DNA from: a virus
DNA: 58,867 nucleotides
Strand: one strand, 5' to 3'
Virus record (IMG/VR): IMGVR_UViG_3300012933_000180
Span: 1-58,867 of that record
Shown piece by piece: positions 8,719-16,320 of this stretch. Position 1 is the stretch's first letter; the number at the start of each line of letters is the position of its first letter. The translations under genes and the position numbers were made by a program. The notes below the pieces were generated by a model that was given only the letters and a program-made list of their open reading frames with translations, made no database searches and was not told the DNA's origin.

Positions 8719-8861
8719 AAGACGACATCACCACCATACTAGAAATGATCGTCATGTGGGTACTAGGTTTAGCCATGTCTATGGCTACATTTTTCCTGCT
8801 CGGCTTGCTAGCTAAACTCGCATGGGTTCCATTCCAGTACGGATGGAACTTGGTGTTCTGA
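8715..8861 (+). CDS. Tiny membrane protein (48 aa)
   Basis: Hand-translated: MKDDITTILEMIVMWVLGLAMSMATFFLLGLLAKLAW... ATGA coupling. One or two TM helices. Confidence 0.5.
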   Translation: MKDDITTILEMIVMWVLGLAMSMATFFLLGLLAKLAWVPFQYGWNLVF

Positions 8862-8992
8862 TGGACTTCTTCGAAGACCTTACCAGCTTTTGGATACTAC
8901 TGGGCCTGCTAGGTTCTGGCTCGTTAGTTACCATAGTGGTGTTGTTGGCATTCGTCAACGCACTAACTTACCTTGAGGATGTAGATGGCTGA
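8861..8992 (+). CDS. Tiny membrane protein (43 aa)
   Basis: Hand-translated: MDFFEDLTSFWILLGLLGSGSLVTIVVLLAFVNAL... Its start shares one nt with the upstream stop. Confidence 0.5.
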   Translation: MDFFEDLTSFWILLGLLGSGSLVTIVVLLAFVNALTYLEDVDG

Positions 8993-9254
8993 CAAAATCA
9001 TTAGCCCTTTCGACTGGCGTGAACTCGCCGCGCAAAAGAAAGACGAAGTCAAGTACACATACCGCGAACGCAACGACGCGTCGCTCGAGTGGAGACGAGG
9101 GCAATCAGTATCTCGCGCACTTGAGAAACGCAGACTCGAAGAACCGACGTACGGCACCATCACCGGTGTCACCAAGAAAGAAATACCGCTACTGCCTAGA
9201 CAGTTCCACGTGTACAGCAAGGCAGGAACGGCTAACACGAAGGTCAAGAAATGA
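8985..9254 (+). CDS. Hypothetical basic protein (89 aa)
   Basis: ORF track. Overlaps the upstream ORF by 8 nt. Confidence 0.55.
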   Translation: MADKIISPFDWRELAAQKKDEVKYTYRERNDASLEWRRGQSVSRALEKRRLEEPTYGTITGVTKKEIPLLPRQFHVYSKAGTANTKVKK

Positions 9255-9460
9255 AAACTGTACTAGCCCCCGGCGCACCGTGGCCGACGTACGACAAACC
9301 AAAGGAAAAAGAAAAAGCACCGCCCAAACCAAAAGTAAACCCGCCAGTTCGGGTTAAGAAGATAAACAAAGACCCTGTATGTTTCATACACCTGCCAATC
9401 AAGACCATGAGTTTCTGCAAAGAAGACATGGAATTTTTTAACAGCCTGAAAAATAAATAA
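9251..9460 (+). CDS. Hypothetical Lys/Pro-rich protein (69 aa)
   Basis: ATGA coupling. ORF track. Confidence 0.5.
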   Translation: MKTVLAPGAPWPTYDKPKEKEKAPPKPKVNPPVRVKKINKDPVCFIHLPIKTMSFCKEDMEFFNSLKNK

Positions 9461-9675
9461 TGGAACGCATCCGCACTTTCTACGGTTACCCCCGTGTCCG
9501 CGACGACCGATGGGTAGGACGAATCACCGCTGGCATCATGTGGCGTTGTGAGAAATGCGAGATGTATTTCTGGGATGCAGTGAAAGCAAAGGAACACCAC
9601 GATGACCCCCGTATACATAGACTTCGAGACGTACTGGTCGACAACGCACTCCCTAACAAGGATGCCACCGACTGA
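9460..9675 (+). CDS. Small C2H2-like zinc-finger protein (71 aa)
   Basis: WRCEKCEMYFWDAVKAKEHHDDPRIH fits C-x2-C-x12/13-H-x5-H. The 3' 74 nt overlap the DNA polymerase start. Confidence 0.5.
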   Translation: MERIRTFYGYPRVRDDRWVGRITAGIMWRCEKCEMYFWDAVKAKEHHDDPRIHRLRDVLVDNALPNKDATD

Positions 9676-11518
9676 GTATGTAATGCACCCTGAGACAGAG
9701 ATCATCTCTGTGGCTATCAAGGTAGGCAATCACCCGACCGACGTACTGTTCGGAGAAGACAAGATCAAGCATGCGCTCAACAAGATCGACTGGTCTGACA
9801 AGATCGCAATCGGCCACAACATGTCCGGCTTCGACTCCATGCTCATGGCATGGCGGCTCGGCATCAAACCAAAGATGTGGGGTTGCACACAAGCAATGGC
9901 CATGGCCAAGTACAAAAAGATTTGCGGCGTATCGCTGAAGAACTTGAGCAAGGAACTCAACATCGGTACTAAGCTGAGTCTTGAGGCTACCAACACCAAG
10001 GGCAAACACTTGATCGACTTTAGCGAAGACGAGCTTGAGTCCATGAAGGAATACAACAAGGTAGACACTGAGCTGTGCGCGTCACTGTTCAAGGTTCTAG
10101 CCAAGGGCTTTTCTAAGGACGAGCTGGTACTCATCGACATGACTACACGTATGTTGGTGGAGCCTAAGTTTGAACTCGACTATGACTTAGTGCGATCAGC
10201 ACTCATCGACGTGCAAGAACTCAAGCGCCAAGGTCTGCTAGATTTGGCCAAGCACTTAGGCATCGAACACTTCGCGGCTGGTGCTCTTGAAGGTACATCC
10301 GTTGAGGAGCAAGTACGTGCTGAGTTGGCTAGCTCTGCCAAGTTTGCTGCGCTGCTCGAGCGCCTCGGTGTGGACACGCCCATGAAGCAGTCACCGACTA
10401 ACCCTGCCAAGATGACACCTGCGCTGGCTAAGACCGACGATGGATTCATCAAGCTGCAAGATCACCCTAACCCTGTTGTGGCGGCTGCGGCGCAAGCCCG
10501 ACTGGAAGTTAAGTCAACCCTGCTGGAGACACGCCTCCAAGCGTTCATCCGTGCGGCTGATGCCTGCGACGGTAAGTTGCCTGTGCCACTACGCTACTGC
10601 GGCGCGGACACTACTGGCCGGTGGTCAGGTGAGCAGTACAACATGCAGAACCTACCCCGCATCGGTAAGGCGGCCAAGCCATCCGACGCCTTGCGTATGA
10701 GTCTGCTTGCACCTAAGGGCCACAAGGTAATCGTTGCTGACTTGTCCGGCATCGAACTGCGAGTCAACCACTTTCTGTGGAAGGTTCCTGAGTCCATGGA
10801 GTTGTATCAAGGCGACGCGGAGGCCGACTTGTATCGTGCGTTTGCAGCTGCGCGCTACGGCATCACACCTGACGAGGTATCCAAGGATCAGCGACAGCTG
10901 GCCAAGGTTGCGCAGTTGGGTCTGGGCTTCGGTGCTGGCGCTCCTACGTTCCAGCGAGTTGCTAAGCTCATGGGTGGCTTGGAGTTGTCAGAGAAAGAGT
11001 CTCTCGACGTTGTTACATCATGGCGTGAGCAGTACAAGGACATCGTCAAAGGCTGGCGCTCATTCCAGAATTCCATCTTCGACATTAGCCAAGGTAACGA
11101 GGGAGCCATCGACCCTTGGGGTATGTGCATCACCGAGAAGGAAGCTGTGCGATTGCCGTCAGGCCGACGCATCCACTACCCTGACTTGCGCAAGGAAGTC
11201 GAGAACGGTAAGCACGAATGGTGGTATGGCCTTGGTCGCCACAAGGCTCGTATCTATGCAGGGAAGGGCGTTGAGAACTTGGTTCAAGCCTTAGCCCGTG
11301 ATGTCATTGCAGGTAACGCACTTGAGTTCAAGAAGCGTACTAAGTTCAACCCAGCACTAGCTGTGCATGACGAACTGGTGTACGTGGTGCCCGAGGCTTA
11401 CGCCGACGTGCTGCTCAAGGAGTTGCAGTCGATCATGCGCACACCACCTACGTGGTGGCCTGAGTTAATCACATGGTCTGAGGGCGATGTGGCTGACTGT
11501 TATGGCGAGGCTAAGTAG
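9602..11518 (+). CDS. Family A DNA polymerase with 3'-5' exonuclease domain (638 aa)
   Basis: Exo I YIDFETYW, Exo II IGHNMSGFDSMLM, Exo III YNKVDTELC. Pol motif A VIVADLSGIELRV, motif B RQLAKVAQLGLGFGAG, motif C LAVHDELVYVV. Confidence 0.95.
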   Translation: MTPVYIDFETYWSTTHSLTRMPPTEYVMHPETEIISVAIKVGNHPTDVLFGEDKIKHALNKIDWSDKIAIGHNMSGFDSMLMAWRLGIKPKMWGCTQAMAMAKYKKICGVSLKNLSKELNIGTKLSLEATNTKGKHLIDFSEDELESMKEYNKVDTELCASLFKVLAKGFSKDELVLIDMTTRMLVEPKFELDYDLVRSALIDVQELKRQGLLDLAKHLGIEHFAAGALEGTSVEEQVRAELASSAKFAALLERLGVDTPMKQSPTNPAKMTPALAKTDDGFIKLQDHPNPVVAAAAQARLEVKSTLLETRLQAFIRAADACDGKLPVPLRYCGADTTGRWSGEQYNMQNLPRIGKAAKPSDALRMSLLAPKGHKVIVADLSGIELRVNHFLWKVPESMELYQGDAEADLYRAFAAARYGITPDEVSKDQRQLAKVAQLGLGFGAGAPTFQRVAKLMGGLELSEKESLDVVTSWREQYKDIVKGWRSFQNSIFDISQGNEGAIDPWGMCITEKEAVRLPSGRRIHYPDLRKEVENGKHEWWYGLGRHKARIYAGKGVENLVQALARDVIAGNALEFKKRTKFNPALAVHDELVYVVPEAYADVLLKELQSIMRTPPTWWPELITWSEGDVADCYGEAK

Positions 11519-11527
11519 AAACCACAG

Positions 11528-11556
11528 TTGACATTTGCGGTTGGAGTCGCTACATT
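11528..11556 (+). promoter_or_regulatory. Predicted sigma70-type promoter TTGACA-N17-TACATT
   Basis: Consensus -35, 17-nt spacer, -10 TACATT. The inverted repeat TGCGGTTG/CGACCGCA (11536..11571) brackets the -10. Confidence 0.6.
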
Positions 11557-11609
11557 GTTACTTCGACCGCAACGAATCATGACTTGCGGCGATACCCTAT
11601 TGGAACAAC

Positions 11610-12269
11610 ATGAAACAACCAGCATGGACATACAGTCAGCTCGATTCATTTGAGACCTGTCCAAAGAAGTTCTACCACCTCAAAGTGGCCAAGGACTACA
11701 TCGACCCGCCCCACGAGAGCAGCATATGGGGTACTCGAGTACACGAAGCGTTTGAACATTTCATACTGGATGGCACACCGCTGCCTGAAGGTATGGATCA
11801 GTGGCAACCGTTTGCTGACAAGCTAGCACGACTCAAGGGTGAGAAGCTATGCGAGAAGCAGATGGCCATTGACAAGAACTTTCAACCCGCTGACTGGAAA
11901 CAAGCATGGTCTCGAGGCATCGCTGACTTGATCGTCCTCCAAGGTAAACGTGCATTGGTTGCTGACTACAAGACAGGTAAGCGCAAGCCCACTGAACAGC
12001 TAGACCTCTACGCCGCATACACGTTCCATCACTACCCTGAGGTGGAAGAAGTTACAACAATGTTGATCTGGCTCAAAGAGAAAAAGATTGACCGCAAAGA
12101 GTTCCACCGAGATGACGTATCGGAAGTGTGGCAGAAGTTGCTACCCCGTACCCAGCGCCTCGAGCGAGCCTACGAAACAGACGAATGGCCAGCACGGTCA
12201 TCCGGCCTGTGCAAAGCGTGGTGCCCAGTCATCACATGTAAGTTCAACGGAAAGCGGGAGCGACTGTAA
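11610..12269 (+). CDS. PD-(D/E)XK nuclease, Cas4/RecB-like with Fe-S cysteines (219 aa)
   Basis: IADLIV...ADYKTGK core. Cys17 plus C-terminal CKAWCPVITC give the four-Cys pattern of Cas4/AddB-type nucleases. Confidence 0.85.
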   Translation: MKQPAWTYSQLDSFETCPKKFYHLKVAKDYIDPPHESSIWGTRVHEAFEHFILDGTPLPEGMDQWQPFADKLARLKGEKLCEKQMAIDKNFQPADWKQAWSRGIADLIVLQGKRALVADYKTGKRKPTEQLDLYAAYTFHHYPEVEEVTTMLIWLKEKKIDRKEFHRDDVSEVWQKLLPRTQRLERAYETDEWPARSSGLCKAWCPVITCKFNGKRERL

Positions 12270-12571
12270 TGGCAATGACGCCCGAAGGTAAAGTTAAGAA
12301 GGCGGTGCGGGAATATCTCAAGGCCAAGAGCGTGTGGTATTTCCAGCCTGTGAGCAACGGCATGGGTCGCGTAGGCATCCCTGATTTTGTTTGTTGCTGG
12401 AACGGTCGATTCATCACCGTGGAGACCAAGGCACCCGGTAAACTTAACGCCACGACCGCTAACCAAGATCGCGTGATGGGGGAAATCAGAGATCATGGAG
12501 GCGCTACCGTAGTGGTAGATAACGTCGAGCAACTCGATTTATTTTTCAACAATCTTGCGTGGAGGAAATGA
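12269..12571 (+). CDS. VRR-NUC domain nuclease (100 aa)
   Basis: GIPDFVCCW...FITVETKAPGK is the PD...ExK signature of VRR-NUC. Its start shares one nt with the upstream stop. Confidence 0.85.
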   Translation: MAMTPEGKVKKAVREYLKAKSVWYFQPVSNGMGRVGIPDFVCCWNGRFITVETKAPGKLNATTANQDRVMGEIRDHGGATVVVDNVEQLDLFFNNLAWRK

Positions 12572-12837
12572 TGGCTACATCAAGCAAACAAAAACTGGCG
12601 TATCAAAAAGCGTACAACGCCCGCCCTGAAGAAGTGGCTAAGCGTGTCAAGAACAATGCGGCCCGACGCGATGCCATCAAAGACGGCAAAGCAAAAGTCG
12701 GTGACGGCAAAGACATTGCACACGTAGTCTCTTTGGAGAACGGTGGCTCTAACACCAAGGGCAACACCAAGGTTCAAGACCGAGCAACCAACCGTGGATG
12801 GAGAAAAGGCAGTGGCAGTTATAACCCCGACAAGTAA
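12568..12837 (+). CDS. Small basic protein with degenerate HNH-like core (89 aa)
   Basis: DIAHVVSLENGGSNTKGNTKVQDRATNR. Start ambiguous (GTG 12559, ATG 12568 or 12571). ATGA overlap with VRR-NUC. Confidence 0.5.
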   Translation: MMATSSKQKLAYQKAYNARPEEVAKRVKNNAARRDAIKDGKAKVGDGKDIAHVVSLENGGSNTKGNTKVQDRATNRGWRKGSGSYNPDK

Positions 12838-13064
12838 CGGCTTTCGACCATACTTCAAAGCAAATCCCCCAAGCATAGGTACATGGTTTGGGGAGTCTAT
12901 ACCGACAGGAGTTGTAGCTGTGAGCGAAACAGACTGCTACGACGACTATCAAAAAATAGTTCGGTGGAAAACAAAAGATGGCGTGATCCACGAGATGCCG
13001 TACGAACCCTACACAGAGAGTATCAATGCAGTAATCATCGCCATGAAACTAACCTGCTAACACC

Positions 13065-14633
13065 ATGCAAATACACAAAGACAAGAAAGCTGTCTTACTC
13101 CACCTTAGGAATCCTGAAAGAGTAACGACAGTCATCCCCACCGCAGTAATGGTGGCCCACAAAGGAAAACAACTCGTGGCTATTCCGCATAGGCCGGATG
13201 AAACACGCGTACTACGAAGCCTTGGGTTTGAAGTACCAGACCCGATGCCATACCACTACGACTGGCCAAAGGTATCCAACAAGTTCAATCCGTTCGCTGC
13301 GCAAGTGGAGACGGCCTCGTTCTTGTCCATGCACAGCCGAGCGTTCTGCCTCAACGACATGGGTACAGGCAAGACCAACTCAGCACTGTGGGCGTATGAC
13401 TACCTGCGTCGGACTAAGCACGTCAAACGTATGCTCGTTGTGTGCCCACTGTCAACGATGGAGCGCACATGGGGCGACTCAGTGTTCCAGACATTCCCGC
13501 ACCTCAAAGCCAATGTGCTCTACGGTTCACGAGACCGTCGACGCAAGCTGCTGGCCGATGAAGCAGATGTGTATGTCATCAACATTGACGGACTACCTAC
13601 CATTCGGGACGACCTCAAAGACCGTCCTGACATTGACCTGATCGTGATCGACGAGCTGGCCTTGGCCCGCAACTCAAGCACCGACAGATGGAAGACGCTG
13701 AACGCTATATGCAACAAACAGTCAAGCCGCCGAGTATGGGGTATGACCGGTTCGCCAACACCTAACGCACCAACCGATGCGTGGGCACAGTGCAAGCTGG
13801 TTACGCCTACCAACAAAGACGTGCCGATGTTCTTCAGCAAGTTCCGCGACTTGGTTATGCGACAGCTCACCCAGTTCAAATGGGTAGCCCGACCAGACGC
13901 CAATGACACCATCTACACAATGATGCAACCATCCATCCGGTATTCGCTGGATGACTGTGTGGACTTGCCGGAGCAGACGTTCATCACCCGCGACGTGGAG
14001 ATGACTACCGAGCAGAAAAAAGCTTACAAGGACATGATGTCTAAGTTAGCGACCGACTATGCAGGGGGGCAAATCCTCGCTGTCAACGAGGCTGTCAAGG
14101 CCAACAAGCTGATTCAGATCGCCTGCGGCGTCGCCTACGGTACCGATGGTGAGGCAGTAGTCATCCCGTCCGGCCCCCGTATGGAGGCACTCAAGGAGTT
14201 GATCGACGAGTCAAGCGGCAAAGTGATCGTGTTCGTCCCACTGACTGCGGCCCTCGAAGCCGTGGCCAAGGAGCTGCGCAAGAGCACTACCGTGGAAGTT
14301 GTCCATGGTGAGACCAGTAAGACCGAACGTGACCGAATCTTCGCTGCGTTCCAGAAGACTGACGACCCCCGTGTGTTGGTGGCCAACGCTGCGGCTATGA
14401 GCCATGGCTTGACACTGACTGCGGCTACAACCATTGTTTGGTACGCACCCGTTCACAGCAACGAAGTGTATGAGCAAGCATGCGCTAGGGTTCGACGCCC
14501 CGGCCAGACCAAGACCACCGTGATTGCCCACATATCCGGCTCAGACGTAGAGCGACGTGTGTATAAACGTTTGCAAGAAAAGCAGTCGATGCAGGGTATT
14601 TTGTTAGAAATGATGAAAGAGAGGCCTGAATAA
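13065..14633 (+). CDS. SNF2-family helicase/ATPase (522 aa)
   Basis: Motif I DMGTGKT, motif II VIDELALARN, C-terminal lobe VANAAAMSHGLTLT and motif VI QACARVRRPGQ. Confidence 0.9.
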   Translation: MQIHKDKKAVLLHLRNPERVTTVIPTAVMVAHKGKQLVAIPHRPDETRVLRSLGFEVPDPMPYHYDWPKVSNKFNPFAAQVETASFLSMHSRAFCLNDMGTGKTNSALWAYDYLRRTKHVKRMLVVCPLSTMERTWGDSVFQTFPHLKANVLYGSRDRRRKLLADEADVYVINIDGLPTIRDDLKDRPDIDLIVIDELALARNSSTDRWKTLNAICNKQSSRRVWGMTGSPTPNAPTDAWAQCKLVTPTNKDVPMFFSKFRDLVMRQLTQFKWVARPDANDTIYTMMQPSIRYSLDDCVDLPEQTFITRDVEMTTEQKKAYKDMMSKLATDYAGGQILAVNEAVKANKLIQIACGVAYGTDGEAVVIPSGPRMEALKELIDESSGKVIVFVPLTAALEAVAKELRKSTTVEVVHGETSKTERDRIFAAFQKTDDPRVLVANAAAMSHGLTLTAATTIVWYAPVHSNEVYEQACARVRRPGQTKTTVIAHISGSDVERRVYKRLQEKQSMQGILLEMMKERPE

Positions 14634-14643
14634 AAAACCCTTA

Positions 14644-14672
14644 TTTACAACCACCAAAAACCAGCGTACATT
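14644..14672 (+). promoter_or_regulatory. Predicted sigma70-type promoter TTTACA-N17-TACATT
   Basis: Lies in the 64-nt gap after the SNF2 gene, 25 nt upstream of ATG 14698. Same -10 hexamer as the other predicted promoters. Confidence 0.55.
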
Positions 14673-14697
14673 CAACACCCCCAACAGAGAAACACAG

Positions 14698-15081
14698 ATG
14701 AAAATATCCGAAGCCATTGGACTTTATGTCCAACTGCGAGACAAACTCGCCGCCGAAAAAGCTGCCTACCAAGACAAAGTAGCCCCGATTGTCGAGAAGA
14801 AAGACAAGCTGGAAGCTAAAATTTTGGAGGCCCTGAACAGCCAAGGTGTTGAGTCATTCAAGACCGAGTTCGGCACAGCCTACACCTCCAGTCGTACCAC
14901 TGCATCCATCGCTGACAAGGACGCGTTCCTTGACTACATGAAGGAGCACAACGAATGGAGTCTCACAACTCTGGCCCCATCAGCGCCAGCAATCAAGCAA
15001 TTCATTGAAGCGACGGAAGGCGATATGCCACCCGGCGTGAACTTGAATACCCAGCGAACCATCGTTGTAAAACGAGCCTAA
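14698..15081 (+). CDS. Coiled-coil protein, possible recombination/replication accessory factor (127 aa)
   Basis: N-terminal coiled coil LRDKLAAEKAAYQDKVAPIVEKKDKLEAKILEAL followed by a small globular domain. Directly upstream of the SSB-like gene. Weakly Gp157/Gam-like architecture. Confidence 0.6.
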   Translation: MKISEAIGLYVQLRDKLAAEKAAYQDKVAPIVEKKDKLEAKILEALNSQGVESFKTEFGTAYTSSRTTASIADKDAFLDYMKEHNEWSLTTLAPSAPAIKQFIEATEGDMPPGVNLNTQRTIVVKRA

Positions 15082-15101
15082 CTTAACCACAAGAGGAAAC
15101 T

Positions 15102-16010
15102 ATGAACATCATTCCATTCGACGGCGGCAATCTACCAGCCCACTTTAAGAAGCGCACAGGCAGCCTGAACGCAGAAGCTCTCAGCGGCTTGGGCGGCGGT
15201 GGCTACCCAGTCATCTCCATCAAAGGCAAAGTGTTTGCCGTGGTCAAAGGCGGCGAGCGCACCGTGTTGCCAAACCCCAAAGACCCAGACAGCCCTGCTA
15301 CAAGCATCGACGCAGTGATCGTGCGTATGAACGCCGGTACAGCCAAGGTCTTCTACCTCAAAGGCTACGACCCAGAAGCCAGCGAGAAGCAAAAGCCTGA
15401 CTGCTACTCCAACGACGGTGTGACTCCAGCATCGGACTCTCCTGCGGCTCAGTCTAAGAAGTGCGCTACCTGCGCCCACAACCAGTTCGGTTCTGCCCGT
15501 CAAGGTAAAGGCAAGGCCTGCTCTGACTCCAAGCGTTTGGCCATCGCCACTGCTGACCAGATCAACGAGCCAATGTTGGTTCGCGTACCTCCTGCATCAC
15601 TGCAAGGCTTGCGCGAGTTCTTGAAGACCTTGGATAACCGTGGTGCAGACTACAACCAAGTGCTTACAAAGATCGGCTTTGACATGGATGCCGAGTCTCC
15701 AAAGCTGACCTTCAAGCCCGTTGGTATCTTGGACGACAAGACCTACGCTCAAGTCACTGAAATGATGGACACTGACCTCGTCCGTGACATTACTGGTGGT
15801 AACCTGTCGGCTGTCCATGAGTCGTTAGCCGAAGCCGATGTTAAGGAGACTGCTCCTAAGGCTGAAGCCAAGCCTGAGAAAGTCGAAGCCGAGGAAGTTG
15901 AAGAAGCTCCTAAGGCCGAAGCCAAACCCAAGGCCAAGGCTAAACCAAAGGCTGAACCCGAGATGATCGACGACGACATCGACATCGACGGCATTAGCTT
16001 CGACGACTAA
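15102..16010 (+). CDS. Putative ssDNA-binding / replisome hub protein (302 aa)
   Basis: Cys cluster DCYSNDG...KKCATCAHNQF...KACSDSK. AEAKP/KAKAKPK low-complexity linker. Acidic tip EMIDDDIDIDGISFDD resembles the SSB C-terminal tip. Confidence 0.55.
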   Translation: MNIIPFDGGNLPAHFKKRTGSLNAEALSGLGGGGYPVISIKGKVFAVVKGGERTVLPNPKDPDSPATSIDAVIVRMNAGTAKVFYLKGYDPEASEKQKPDCYSNDGVTPASDSPAAQSKKCATCAHNQFGSARQGKGKACSDSKRLAIATADQINEPMLVRVPPASLQGLREFLKTLDNRGADYNQVLTKIGFDMDAESPKLTFKPVGILDDKTYAQVTEMMDTDLVRDITGGNLSAVHESLAEADVKETAPKAEAKPEKVEAEEVEEAPKAEAKPKAKAKPKAEPEMIDDDIDIDGISFDD

Positions 16011-16067
16011 TCAAAATTGGGGGAACGCTTCGGTTAGTACCCCAACCCCCAACATACTGGAGAGATC

Positions 16068-16319
16068 ATGAGCCACCAAGTAAATAAAGAACACATCAAC
16101 CAAATCAAAGTGGACGTCATTTCGATGCTGTCGGGCAAGCGAATCCACCCAGTCGACGTAATGTTGGCGTTGACAGAGCTGGTAGGCCGAACAATCGTGG
16201 ACGTGAGCACATCGCCCGGCCAAGTGGATGACTTGAAGCATGCAGCTACGGCGCATCTGAACAACACCATCTTGTATGGTGCCCATGCAACTGGAAAGAG
16301 CATCATCGAACGGGCTTGA
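16068..16319 (+). CDS. Hypothetical protein (83 aa)
   Basis: GGAGAG RBS. ORF track. Confidence 0.6.
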   Translation: MSHQVNKEHINQIKVDVISMLSGKRIHPVDVMLALTELVGRTIVDVSTSPGQVDDLKHAATAHLNNTILYGAHATGKSIIERA

Positions 16320-16320
16320 G

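Noticed and set aside
12743-13060. 105-aa ORF 12743..13060
   Set aside because: The 5' part overlaps 12568..12837 in another frame. Only a possible 46-aa tail from GTG 12920 is free-standing, and I could not support it well enough to list it.
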